Assembly: GCF_009914755.1 (NCBI RefSeq)
Contig: NC_060928.1
From: the human T2T-CHM13v2.0 reference genome, Homo sapiens
Length of the DNA stretch: 64,000 nt
Direction: 5' to 3' (one strand)
The notes under the pieces were generated by a model that worked only from the letters and a program-made list of their open reading frames with translations, made no database searches and was not told the DNA's origin. Of the stretch, positions 35,640 through 50,652 are shown piece after piece. A program made the translations under genes and the position numbers. Within the stretch, counting starts at the first letter, position 1; each line of letters opens with the position of its first letter.

Positions 35640-36471
35640 GTGTGTGCCACTACGCCCAGACATTTATTTTCACAACAGTTCTGGAGGCTGGAAGTTTGAG
35701 AGAGTGTCAGCATGGTCATATTCTAATGAGGGCCCTCTATCCACCTTGTCACTGTGTGCTCACATGGCCTTTTCTTGGTATGTGCACGTAGAGAGATCTC
35801 TCTCTTCTTTTTATAAGGGCACTCCTTCTCTCATGGTGGTTCTGCCTTCATGACCTAATGTAAACCTGATTACCTCCCAAAGGCCCCACCTCCTAACACC
35901 ATCACATTGGGCCTCAGCATAGTTTTGGAGGGACATAAACATTGAGTCCATAATAGAGGGATGTCTACGAGGTTCTTCCTCTGTGAGGTTATTTTTTCCT
36001 TTTCATGGTCTGTTTATTAGGAGTGATTCACTTAACTCCAGCCTACTTTGAAAAGAAAGAGAAGCTGGATGCAGTGGCTCACACCTGTAATCTCAGCACT
36101 TTGGGAGGCCGAAGCAGGAAGATTACTTGAGGCCAGGAGTTCGAGACCAGCCTGGCTAACATAGACCTTGTTTCTACAAACAAAGTAAAATTATTACCAG
36201 GGTGTGGTTGCACTCACCTGTAGTCCCAGCTACTCTGGAGGCTGAGATGGGAGGTTCACTTGAGCCCAGGGCTTCAAGGTTACAGTGAACTATGATCATA
36301 CCTTTGTAGTCCAGACTGGGTGACAGAGCAAGACCCTGTCTCTTAAAAATGTAGGGAAAAAAGGGAATTAAACTCTACCTGCTGCAGTGAGGTATACCAA
36401 ATGATTTGTGGGCTTATGTTCAAATCACCACAGTAATTAAGAAATATTCTTTGGGAGATACTTTGAAGTTA

Positions 36472-36810
<339 letters not shown>

Positions 36811-36881
36811 TCACTAATTTTAGCATGTCACTCATGAGTTTTGCTTACTCTCACCTGCATCAATTACTACTGTGCAATTCT

Positions 36882-37198
36882 TTTTTTTTTTTTTTTTTTT
36901 AAAGAGCCAGAGTCTTCCTCTTGCTCAGGCTGGAGTACACTGGCTATTCACAGTTGTAGTCCCACTACTGATTAGCATGGGAATTTTGATTTCCTTAATT
37001 TCCTATTTCTGCCAGTTCACCTCTCCTTAGGTAACCTGGTGGTCCCCTGCTCCTGGAAGGTCACCATATTGATGTCAAACTTAGTGTAGACACCCAATCA
37101 GCATAACACATTACAGCCCAGAACTCATGGGCTTAAGGGATCCTCTCACTTCAGCCTTCCCAGTAGCTGGGATTACAAATATTTGCCACAGCACCAGC
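36882..37198 (-). pseudogene. Full-length processed 7SL (SRP) RNA pseudogene with poly(A) tail
   Basis: Minus strand contains the 7SL S-domain absent from Alu (CATCAATATGGTGACC...GGGGACCACCAGGTTACCTAAGGAGAGGTGAAC...TCAGTAGTGGGA...GTGAATAGCCA); T-tract 36881-36900; TSD tactgtgcaattct / tactgtggatttct. Confidence 0.92.
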
Positions 37199-39031
37199 TA
37201 CTGTGGATTTCTAATGGTAATTTCCTCTTTCCCTGTTTCTTATAAGGGAGATTTGCCCATTTAATCCCATTTTAAAATTTATTCAATCATTTGTGTATGT
37301 TATTATAAACTCACAAATATTTATTTTATTATTTGGGCTATAATCCAATGCTGTATATAGAGAGGGAGACAGGGTCTTGCTCCATTGCCTAGGCTGGAGT
37401 GCAGTGGTACAGTCATGGCTTGCTGCATCCCTAACCTTCTGGGCTCAAGCGATCCTCTCAAGTAGCTGGTGTCATCTGCCTTGCTAATTTTTTTTTTTTT
37501 TTTTTAAAGAAATGGAGTCTCGCTGTGTTGCCCAGGCTGGTCTCAACCTCCTGCCCTCAAGCAATCCTCCTACCTTGACTCCCAAAGTGCCAATACTATT
37601 GATACTTACTTTTGTTGCTCAGATTATTGCAGCTGTGGCCATTGAGAGCTCTTTCAAGTTGGCTTCTGTATCCTTTTCCCCCAATCTTTTTGTTGTTTGG
37701 CCACTTCCTTACTTTCTGACACTACAAGTTACTCTATCTTGTACTTGCCTTATCCCAGTACCAAAATCAGCCCTATGTCCAAGGGACTCTGGTTTCTTTT
37801 ATTGGAGGATGATATTTAGAAACCAAGAACTGGGTGTTGGATATGCTTATTACTACGGGTGTGTCACTGCTTCAGGCTCTGAAAGTCGACAGAGCTATGA
37901 AATGTGAGTATGTATATGTATATGCTAACCCATCTATAATTATTTTTGTGTCTATCTGTATCTGTATTACCTAAACATCATTCAGTTAGGTTATCATACA
38001 TTTGTAATACAGTTAGACTGATCTGTCACAGTCTGTATTCTAGCCTAGGTTTTCTTGATATCCTGGTTGATTTTTAAAGAAAATTTACCTATAGTATATT
38101 TCCTTTCATTCTTTGTAGAGTACAGCTGTATAGGTTTAGATAAACATATGTAATCATGTATCTATTATGCCACTGCAGTACCATCTGGAACAGTTCCATC
38201 ACCATGAAAAAAAAAAAAAGTTCTTATAGTCAGTACCTCTCACCAGCCCCTGGCAGCCATTGCTCTGTTCTCTATCCTTGTTATTCTGAATGTCATGTAA
38301 ACGGAACCATATAATATGTAGCCTTTTGGGTCTGGCTCCTTTTGCTTAGCTACATTCATCCATGCTACTGCACAAATTGATATTCTGTTCCTTGTTATTG
38401 CTAAGTAGTATTCTGTTGTATGTGTATACCATGATTATTTGTCCCTTCCTCTGTTATCAGACATCTTGGTTGTTTCCAGTGTTTGGTAGTTATAAAAAAA
38501 GCTACCATAAACATTCATGTACTGGCTTCTGTGTGAACGCAAGTTTGCAGCTCACTTAGGTAAATAACTACAGTGGGACTGTTGGGTTACATAGTAAATA
38601 TATACTTAAGTTTATAACAAATTGCCAGATTATTTTTCAGGGTGGCTATACTAGTATGTATTCCCTCCAACAATGAGTGAATGTTTCTCTTGCACCACAT
38701 CTTTGCCAGCATTTGATATTTTCGGTTTTTGATAGTGTCTTGTTGTAATTTAATTTGTATTTTCCTAATAACTAATGATGAGCATCTTCTCATGTATATT
38801 TTACATTCTTACATCTTTTGTGGTGATTATCTTTTCAGATGTTTTACCAATTTTTGGTTGGGTTGTCTATTTTTTTAGTTGAGTTTTAAGAGTTCTTAGT
38901 GTATTCTGGATACAAGTTTTTTATTGAGTATCTGATTTGCAAACATTTTCTTTCTGTGTTATTCTTTTAATTTTCCTGAACATTTTCATGACTGTGTCTT
39001 ATTTTTATTTTATTTTATTTTTTTAGACAGA

Positions 39032-40253
<1,222 letters not shown>

Positions 40254-40357
40254 TAATCCTTAGCTCCTTTCACAGAGCAAACTTTTTTTTTCATTTTGGT
40301 AAAGTCAAGTTTCTCAATATTTTATGTTGCTGACTATGCTTTGAGTATCATAGGTAA

Positions 40358-41298
40358 TGTTGAGGCTCAGAAAATGAAACCTCAGGCTGGGTGCAGTAGC
40401 TCTCGCCTATAATCCCAGTACTTAGGGAGGCCGAGGCAGGAGGATTGCCTGAGCCCAGGAGTTCAAGACCAGCCTGGCCAACATGATGAAACCCTGTCTC
40501 TACTAAACATGCAAAAATTAGCCAGGTATGGTGGTGGGTGCCTGTATTCCCAACTACTAGGGAAAGTAAGGCAGGAGAATCACTTGAACCCTCAGGTGGA
40601 GATTGGGGTGAGCTGAGATCGCACCACTGCACTCCAGCCTGGGTGACAGAGCAAGATTCTGTCTCCAAAAAAAAAAAAAGAAAGAAAAATAAAACAAAAC
40701 TCCAAAATGAAGGCCTCAGAAGTAGCCTCAGAAGCAAAAGTTTTTCTCTGACTTTCTGTTGCCTGCCTGTCTCTCAGTCCCGTTCTCCCCTGAGGCTAGC
40801 CTTAGAAACCAGATTCCCTCTTCCCCAAGGCAGGTCATAGAAACTGGAACCTTTTTTCCCCAAAGCAAGCCACAAAACCTAAAAATATTATTCTAACTTT
40901 CCCTCTGTCCTATGTGTAAAAACTGGCCTTAAAGAAATTATCTCACCTACATTGTTTGAATGTAGGTCATAAGACCCCTATTCCAGAGAGGGTCCTGCCC
41001 CATAAGCAGAAAGAAAGAATGTGTGCTCAGGCCAAGAAGAATCTAAACAGATAGGCCTTCCTGGGTTTCCCCATTCAGTCTGTTCACATTAGATTATAGC
41101 CTTTTTATCCAATTATACTTCTGCATGGCTGTCCGTACTTTGTTGAACCTAAGGATAAAAATGGACAGTTTCCTCTATCTTTGGGTCTACACGTTAAATA
41201 AATTTGTATGTCTTTTATCCTGTTAATCTGCCTTTTGCAAGTTGATTTTTCAGCACACCTTCAGAGGGCCAAGGGGAGCTGCCCCTTTGGCCTCTGTA
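40358..41298 (+). mobile_element. ERV1 solo LTR (MER34/MER39/LTR49 group) containing an Alu at about 40385-40690
   Basis: Starts TGTTGAGGCTCAGAAAA; 4-bp TSD gtaa; AATAAA at 41197. Confidence 0.75.
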
Positions 41299-41382
41299 GT
41301 AAGAATTCATTGTCAATCCCAGATTCCCTTCAAAAATCCATATTTTCTCTTAAGTGTTTAATTTACAATGAGATTTAGGATT

Positions 41383-41668
41383 CTTTTTTTTTTTGGGATG
41401 GAGTTTCACTTTTGTCGCCCAGGCTGGTGTGTGGTGGTGCGATCTTGGCTTACTCCAAGCTCCGCCTCCCAGGTTCAAGCGAGTCTCCTGCCTCAGCCCT
41501 CCCGAGTAGCTGAGATTTCAGGCATGCACCACCATGCCCGGCTAATTTTGTAGAGATGGGGTTTCACCATGTTGGCTAGGCTGGTCTCCAACCCCTGACC
41601 TCAGGTAATCCGCCCACCTAGGCCTCCCAAAATGCTGGGATTACAGGCATGAGCCACCACACCCGGCC
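41383..41668 (-). mobile_element. AluS within L1M
   Basis: Alu consensus similarity. Confidence 0.88.
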
Positions 41669-43321
41669 TGTGATTCATTTTGACTTAATTTTTGTTTAAG
41701 ACCAGAGGTATATGTTGAGGTTCTTTTCTTTTTTTCACATGTAGATATCTAGTTATTCCAGCACCATTTGTTGAAAGAACTATCTTTCCTCAATTGCATT
41801 GCCTTGGCACCTTTGTCAAAAATCAGTTGACTGTATTTTTATGGGTCTGTTTCTAGACTGTTGCATTCTGTGTATCTGTCCTTTCACCAATACCACACTT
41901 CTTAAATTGTTGTAACCTATAAAGTAAGCCTTAAAATTGGGTAATGTGAGTCTTCCAACTTTGTTCCTTTTCAGTTTTTCTTTGTTTTTAGTAACTTTGT
42001 ATTACTATAGAAATTTTAGAATCCGCTTGTTGATATCTACAAAAAAAACCTGCTGGTGTTGTTTATTATGATTGCATTGAATCTAAAGATCAAAATTGAG
42101 ATAAGTTACATCATAATATCAAGTCTTCTAATCCATGAACACAGTATGTCATTCCATTTCTTTAAATCCTTGCTTCTTTTCATCAGCGTTTTGTAGTTTT
42201 CTTTATATAGGTTCTGAACATATTTCATTAGATTTACATCTAAGTACTTCTTTTTGTGCTATTATAAATGATACTGTTTTTTAAAATCTTAATTCCCCTT
42301 GTTTACTACTGATCTTTAGAGACATAATTGATTCTTGTATATTGACCTTATATTCTATGACCTTGATAAACTCACTTATTAATTCCAGGCATTTTTTGGA
42401 AGATTTTTTTGGGATTTTCTACTTAGTCATGTCATTCTGCAAATAAAGACAGGTTTTTTTTGTTTTTTTTTTTTTTTTTTTACTCCTTTCCAGTCTATCT
42501 ACTATTTATTTATTTTTCTTGCCTCACTGAAGGGGCTGTTACATCTTGTACATTATTGAATAGGAATGATGAGAGAGGACATCTTGCCTTCCATGTAATC
42601 AATGTTAGGACGAAAGCAGTCTGTCTGTCCCTTACCATTAAGTATGGTTTGCTATAGGTTTTTAGTAGATAGTCCTTATCAGGTTAAGAAAGTTTCTTTC
42701 TCTTCCTAGTTTATTGAGAGTTTTTATCATGAATGGATGCCAAGTTTTATCTAATGCATTTTCTGTATCTATTGATGTGATTATGTGGCTTTTTCTTAAG
42801 TCTGTTAATACGTTGAATCACATTGAATGTATTTCAAATGGTCAGTCAGCCTTGTATTCCTAATATGAACCCCATTTGGTCATAATGTATTTTACTTTCA
42901 ATATATTGTTGTTTTCTATTTGCTGAAGTTTTGTTCAATGGTAGAGCTCACAGCTAAGTTAAACAAATACTTTTCCTGAAGATAACATTTATACTTCAGT
43001 GTGCAATAAAAGTGCTTTATGTTTCACAGAGACCATCATTTTTAATCTAATAAAATTATGTGTGAGTGCATGGTGGTGAAGAATATAGTAACTGCTAGTA
43101 TTGCTTGGTGCCATTGCTTCAGTTTGTGCCCCAGGGTTCACATTGCAGCCATCATTGCTTTTGTATCATTAGTATAATTGTCAACACAGTGAAAAAGGCA
43201 AATATCATCTTAGTACTGTTATGAAAATAGTTTTTACTCATGGATTTTCCCCAAAGAGTTTCTGGCACTGCTGGAGTTTTGTATACTACACTTTGAGAAT
43301 TTCTGTTCTATATCTTTATTA

Positions 43322-44141
43322 ATGTCTTAGGACTGCTGAAACAAATGGCCACAAAGTAGGTAGCTTAAAACAACATAAATGTATTTTTCTGCAGTTATGA
43401 AGTCTAGAAGTCTGAAATTAAGGTGTTGGCAGGTCTACTTCTTAGTCCATTTTGTGCTACTATGACAGAATGCCTGAGACTGTCTAGTTTATAATGAACA
43501 GAAATTTACTTCTCACAATTCTGGAGGCTGGGAAATCCAAGATCAGGTGCCAGCACCTGGCTAGGGCCTTCTTGCTGTGTCATAACATGGCAGAAAACAT
43601 CACGTGGCAGAAGGGCAAAGGTGAGGGCAGAGAAAAGGGGACCAAACTTGCCCTTTTATGTCAATCTCACTTCTGTGATAGTGGCATTAATGCATTCATA
43701 AGGGCACAGCCTCTTAATACCGTTACAATGGCAATGAAATTTCAAGATGAGTTTTGGAGGAGCAAACATTTAAACCATAGCAGTCATGCTCCTTCTGTAG
43801 GCTCATAGGGGAGTAATATGTTCATTGACTCTTCCTACTTGTCTCACTGTTGGCATTCCTTGGCTTGTGGCTACATCACTCTGTGCTCCAACTTCACATT
43901 GCCTTCTCTCTGTTTATGTGTATGTCTTTTCTTCTGTATGTATATTTTATAAAGATACATGTGATTGCATTTAGAACCCACTCAAATAATCCAAGAGAGG
44001 CTCCTCTTCCCCAGATCTTTAACCTAAGCATGTCTTTTGTCATTTAAGGCAATAATCACACTTTTCCATGTAATTTTCACAGGATTGGGGGGATTAGGAT
44101 GTGTACATAATCTTTTAGCGGGCCACTCTTTAGCCCACTAC
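43322..44141 (-). mobile_element. MLT1 LTR with a nested MST-type LTR (about 43436-43782)
   Basis: Two MaLR terminal motifs; inner element ends aaaccatagca. Confidence 0.65.
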
Positions 44142-47100
44142 ATGCTTTACTGATTATTACAAGTGTTAGACTGCTATGTGTTGTCCCACAGGTCTCTCGA
44201 ATTTTGTTCATTTTTCTTCAGCCTTTTTTTTTTCTCTATGTTTCTTAGATCATTTTCTTAACCAATCTTCAAGGTTGGTCAACTTAATCAAGGTTCATTA
44301 AGTCTTCTGCCATACTGTAGAGACCATTTAGCATATTTATTTGTTTTATTTTGAATATTTTTTAAATAGTTTTCATTTCTCTCGATATCCCTTGTCTGTT
44401 CATTTACTGGTAACATTTTCCCCCAATTTTTGGAATATATTTTCTTTTCATTTTTGGAATAGATTTATAAAGACTTTGCAGTCTCTGCCAAATTTGGCTT
44501 CTGGGCCCACTTTGATTCTGATCTCTACCTCCCTTATTGCTGGGCATCCTGACATCTCCCACTTCTGCACAGTTAAGCTGCCAACTAGAGACTTGACCCA
44601 ACAATTGCAACTGGTAGGAAGTTATTTTTAGTAAAGTGAATGAACACAAAAATTACCTACAGATCTATTTATTAGGTGGTTTATGTTAAAAAAATGAAAA
44701 CCTAAATGGCAGATAGAAAATTGATTAAAATATGGTAAATTCATGTAATGGAATACTATTCAGACATTAAAAATAATGATGGAAAGATATTCAAATCATG
44801 CTAAATGAAGGAATCATTTAAAAGATACATTATAATCCCACTTTTGCTTAACTAAATTATACATATATATGCAAAAAGAAAATACTGGGTGGATATACAT
44901 CAGAATGTTAGCAGGTAATCTCGGGAAGATTAAGATGATTTTTATTTGATCACTTTCTGTATTTTTTTTTTTTACAATGACTGTATCACATTTGTGATAA
45001 GAAAAGTACTTCTGAAGTTATTTTTCAGAAATTTTACTATATATGTAACAAATTTTTTTCCTCCACAACTTTTATGTCTATTTTAGAAGTATTAAAATAC
45101 CAGCAGTCTTTTCATACATGCTGCAGAATCATTTTGAATCCCAAGAAAGATCACAGATGAATAATTACTACAAGAGTTTTTTATTCAGATAAGTTAAACA
45201 TAATATATGTATATGTGTACATAATGCACTGTGTTGCTCTACTCTTCGAAAAAATAGTTCTTTCTTGGAATACAATATTTGGAGGCCATAGAGCTTAAAT
45301 AAATGTGGAAGAAAACTGAAGCAGGTACACGAGAAAAGAATAGGGGGAAAACACTGAGGGCAGAAAATTTAATCTGTCATGAGAGGCAGAAACAACTGGA
45401 ATCATAGACATATGCTGTAGACTTTCACCATCCAGTGTGGTGGCCACTAGCTGTACATGGCTGTTGAGTACTTGACATATGGTTGATCAGATTGAGAAGT
45501 GCTATAAGTGTAAAATACATAATGATTTTTGAAGAAATAGTACAAAAAAGCAAAATATCTCAGTAATTTAAAAATACTGAATACATGTTAAAAATGATTT
45601 ACATTTGTCTTTATTAACTTTAATTACTTTCAGATACTTTTTTATACATTGGGAACATTTAGGTCTTGATATAAAGTATGAAATAGTAAGCATCCACATA
45701 TGATTAGATATATTAGATATTCCCACCCCCCATGTTTTCCTGGAGTAAGTACCTTTCTTTGATAGGCTAGAAAGTAAATAGACTTATTCTGGTGGGCAAC
45801 TCACTTCTGATAAATTTCAGCAGCTAGGACATTCCTGTTATTTTTAAAAGAATGACATTTGAATAGTTGGGACATAATGATTATTTCTCGTTTCAGATCA
45901 TGTAGCATGGATATGCCAGATCAGTCACTAAGTGGGTAGATATTTGAACAGATTTCTCTAAATCTGACTTGGCTCTTCATTGATAAATTCTACTAGTGTA
46001 GAGTTTTCTGACACTACAGTGAAAGGTAGCAGATCCATCTTTTAATATATTTAAATAGGAGAAAGGAGGACAACATTTTACTTTTGTCGTGTTAATGAAA
46101 GATCCTAACAGACTTTATTTCCTTAAGTAAATAAATTCTTTCAGATGAATTATTACCATCTAAAATAATCTAAGAAAAGTAAATTATACACCTAGTAAAA
46201 TAGCGTTATCAGTATTTTGGTTTTCTGTATACTTCTTGGAATTATAGGAGGAATGTAGATGATATTTTTCCCTTACAGCTTGACTGTGTAAGTTATTTTT
46301 ATGCTGGCCGTAGAATATATATTACATGACCAGAAATGAAGATTCCATTACATTACTTAGTACAAATTGAAAACAATTAGAAAATGTATGCTTTATTCTT
46401 ATCTCTTTTATAAACAAGTATTTTAATACATTATTATGGCAAGGAGTGTAGTGGTACTTCCTTTGTGTACTTGTGTCAGTGGAGCTAAAACATCTTGTCA
46501 ATTTTCTATTAAATTATCCTTTGATTTGAGATATGGCACAGATACCTGTTTCCTTCCACAAGACAGAAAAATTAGATTCCAAGATAATTAAGATTTGCCC
46601 AAAACCCAAAGAAAAGTAATTGGAACTAAAACTAGAATTCTGTTTTTGGGACAATTGGCCATTTGTAGCAAAGGACAGCAGATCATTGGTTAAGAGCATA
46701 AACTTGAGCCAGATTGCCTGATTCAAATTCCGGCCCATTTAGTTCCTAAGCATGTAACTGTGTTAAACATCTTGACTTTTGTGGCTCACTTATTGATAAA
46801 TGGGTATAATAATACTATTTACTTTAGAGGATTAAAGAAGTTAATATATGTAAAGCATTTAGAACAGTGAATGGCATATAATGTAATATATTAATATATT
46901 AATATTAATAAGACTAATATTAGGATTAATGTTTTGTTGGTATTAATAAAATAAATATATGCTATACTTATCAAAGATATATAAAGATGAAAGTATAAAA
47001 CACTAGAGTAAAACATGGTTTTATAGTTTTATAATCTTGAAATGAAGAAACCTCTACTAAGTATGATTTAAAAATCTGTCAAGCATAAAAAAAGAATTTT

Positions 47101-47954
47101 ACTACATAATCAAGAAACTATAGCAAAAGATACCATGAACAAAGTGAAAACATAACAGTAACCTGGGGGAAATACTTACAGCACATAACATTAGGCTAAT
47201 TTTCTACTGTGTGAGAACAGCTAGAAATCATTAAGGAAATCGCAATGCTACAGAAAAAGCAAACAGCAGAGAAAGACACCCAAATGAGAGTCTCAGCATC
47301 ATTCAAAGTTAACTACTGTAAACTAAAGTGTTTCTCACTTTTCAGATTGGCAGAGATTAATATATAGTCAGTATTGGGACAATGAGGCAATATGAAGCAT
47401 TATTGATGGGAGGTATAAATTGATAGACCTTTTAAGAGATATTTGCCAATAATGTCAATTTTAAAAACATAAACCTTTTGAACTTCCAGTTTGACTTCTA
47501 GAAATTTGTCTTATAGCTTCATCATAAAAGTTGACCTCATAAATATAGATTAGTTCAACCCCAAGATATTCATCAATGGAGATTTGGTGAATAATGTTAT
47601 ATCTCTACAATAAAGTACTATATGTAAATTTTTAAAAGAATAATGAGGATTTATATATGCTAATACTTAAGGATATTCAGCATATATTAAGTAAAAGCAA
47701 GTTGCGGAACTGTAATATCCTTTTTGTGTGTTTAAAAAATCAAGTAAATTATATACATGCTTACATATGCATTACATAGATACATGGATATACAGAGGAT
47801 GCATAAGCATTAACTGTAACTATATCTGGGAAATAGGATATAAGCTACTAGGCAGAGATTTTTAATTCATACTCTTTATTGTTTGAATTTTTTCTACAGT
47901 GGGTATATTGTTACTTTTCTAGTTAGGAAAAATAAAAACTGAGAAAAAAGTTTT

Positions 47955-48345
47955 AGCTGTGTGCAGTGGCTCATGCCTATAATCCCAGCATTTTGGGAGG
48001 TTGAGGGAGGAGAGTCACTTGACTCTAGGAGTTTAAGACCAGCCTGGGCACACAGTGAGACCCTGTCTCTACAAGAAAATAAATTTAGAAACATTGGCTG
48101 GGCCGTGGTGTATGGGAGACCAGCCTGGGCAACACAGTGAGAGCCTGTCTCTGTAAAAAATAAATAAGTAAAAATTAGCTGGTCACCATGGTGCACGCCT
48201 GTGGTCCCAGCTGCTCGGGAGGCTGAGGTGAGAAGATTGCTTGAGCCCAGGAGAACAAGGCTGTAGTGAACCATGATCATGCCATCGCGCTCTATAGCCA
48301 TCACACTCTATAGAGCCTGGGGTCAGAGCGAGACCCTGTCTCAAA
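47955..48345 (+). mobile_element. AluJ with internal duplications
   Basis: agaccagcctgggc...tgtctct occurs twice (near 48037 and 48117); gccatc.c.ctctata occurs twice near 48281-48312. Confidence 0.88.
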
Positions 48346-48367
48346 GTTTAAACTTCTTCCAGGATGG

Positions 48368-48888
48368 GTATATTAGTTACTGATAGCTGCATAACAAAAT
48401 ACCCCCTAAGCTTAACAACTTGTAAAACAACAACTATTTATTTCACAGTTTCTCAGGAAGATAAACTTGGGAGCAGCCTAGCTAGGTGGTTCTGGCTCAG
48501 GGTCTCTCATGAGATAACCTGTTGGCTGGGCTATAGTTATCTCAAGATTCTACTGAGTTTGGAGGATCTGCCTGAAAGCTCAGTCGTGGTTGTTGGCAGA
48601 TCTTAGTTTCTCTTTGGCTGTTGGCCAGAGAGTTAAGTTCCTCCTTGCATGGGCTTCTTCATAGGGCTGTTCACGGCTTGGCAGGTTAGCTTCTTTCAGA
48701 CTGGGGTATCTGAGAGAAAGAGAGCCAGAGCTCAAGACTGGGCTAACATGGAAGTGACATATCATCACCTTTGCCGTATGCTACTGTTCATACAGACCAG
48801 TCCTGGTACATTGTGAGGGAGGACTACAAGGGTGTGAATAACAGGAGGTGGGGATCATTGGGGGCCATGTTGGAGGCAGGCTACCATA
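48368..48888 (-). mobile_element. Old MLT1 (F/G-like) LTR just upstream of exon 2
   Basis: gctgcataacaaaatacccc...ggtggttctggctcagggtctctcatgag...ggctaccata. Confidence 0.65.
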
Positions 48889-49033
48889 ATGGGTCTATAA
48901 CAGTGTATACCTTTTGTAATAAGTTGGGATTATGGAAAAGAAAGTTAATTGCTTCAATATTTAAATGGGGGCTATTTTTAAAAATTAGTTATCTCTTTAC
49001 AAATACCTGTAAATACTTGCTTTTCTTTTTCAG

Positions 49034-49777
49034 GTCCAGCCCAGAATCAAATGCAGGTTCCATCTGGATATGGATTGCATCATCAAAACTATATTGCTCC
49101 CTCAGGACATTACTCTCAAGGACCTGGGAAAATGACCTCATTGCCATTGGATACCCAGTGTGGTGATTACTACTCTGCTCTCTATACAGTACCAACACAA
49201 AATGTGACTCCTAACACAGTGAACCAGCAACCAGGAGCACAGCAGTTGTACAGCAGGGGTCCTCCTGCCCCTCATATTGTGGGATCCACTCTAGGATCTT
49301 TCCAAGGTGCTGCATCGTCAGCATCCCATTTGCATACGAGTGCCTCCCAACCATACTCCTCTTTTGTGAATCACTACAATAGTCCAGCCATGTACTCTGC
49401 CAGCTCTTCTGTTGCGTCTCAGGGATTTCCCTCTACTTGTGGTCATTATGCTATGTCAACTGTTTCTAATGCCGCGTATCCTAGTGTTTCATATCCCTCT
49501 CTGCCTGCTGGTGATACATATGGGCAAATGTTTACCTCACAGAATGCTCCGACTGTTAGGCCAGTTAAAGATAATTCATTCTCTGGTCAAAATACAGCTA
49601 TCAGCCATCCATCGCCACTTCCACCTCTACCATCACAACAGCACCACCAGCAGCAAAGTCTTTCAGGATACAGTACTCTAACGTGGTCATCTCCAGGCCT
49701 TCCATCGACTCAAGACAATCTCATCCGAAACCACACAGGATCCCTGGCTGTAGCGAACAACAACCCAACCATTACTG
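49034..49777 (+). CDS. SEC24B: SEC24B coding exon 2 (744 nt; Ser/Pro/Gln/Tyr-rich low-complexity N-terminal region)
   Basis: Acceptor ttttctttttcag|GT at 49033/49034; open frame GPAQNQMQVPSGYG...NNNPTIT; donor CTG|GTAGGT at 49777/49778; phase 1-1. Confidence 0.97.
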
Positions 49778-50426
49778 GTAGGTTGAATGAAAAGTTCACC
49801 AAAACATGTTTGAAAATCAGTGCATTCCCAATTAAGTTATTATTTACATGAAGGTTAGAGGTGATATTGCCTAATAGAAAAACTGGAAGTTTGCTAATTT
49901 ATTGTGGCTTTTTGTAGCACCTCTTTGAACCCTTTCTTCTCATCCATTCCCAATTAGCCACCCAACCATCTGCCTTGTCTAGCTTGGTTCCTTGCCATGA
50001 TCAGTCAACATTTATTGATATATTTTATACATCTGCAATAGTTGTCTTTAATGTGAATTAGATACAGGGCAAAATGGAAGGGTCTGTTTTGAGGATATGT
50101 TGGCCACTATTTTCTCTTTTATACTAGTTCAACCTTGGGACAGTTGTTTTTTTAGCCAGAGCCCCACTTACTTAGAAAAAAGGATGGTTTGCAGCAGTGC
50201 ACTGGTTTCCCCAAGTTAGCCCCTATTAGTGACTTTTGCAGAAGACATCTTTCCTGCACGTAAACAGTGTTTCTCATTTTCAGATTAGTAAGTTAGGCTG
50301 AAAGATGGGGAAGGGAAAGGAAGATGCATGAAGAATACCCTGGTATTCAGCCCTTCTGACCTTCCTAAACCAAGGTGTTGTTAAATTTTTTCATTTAAAA
50401 ATTATGTATGTAAGACGTGGCTTGCC

Positions 50427-50652
50427 CTTTTTTTTTTTTTTTGACACAGGGTCTCACTTTATCACCCAGGCTGGGCATGATCTCAGCTCACGGCAGCCTT
50501 GACCTCCTGGGCTCAAGCGATCCTCCCATCTCAGCCCCACAAGTAGCTGGGACTACCAGGCATACGCCACCACACCCAGCTAATTTTGTAGAGATGGGGT
50601 TTTGCCATGTTGCCCAAGCTGGTCTCGAACACGCGAGCTACTGTGCCTGGCC
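50427..50652 (-). mobile_element. AluJ with deletions
   Basis: Alu consensus similarity. Confidence 0.85.

Noticed and set aside
46884-46930. AT-rich quasi-palindrome (taatatattaatatattaatatta)
   Set aside because: Too short for a palindromic AT-rich repeat; ordinary low-complexity sequence
49778-49851. Exon 2 ORF reading through 24 codons into intron 2
   Set aside because: Canonical donor at 49778 and in-frame exon 3 explain the structure; no evidence here for a retained-intron terminal exon
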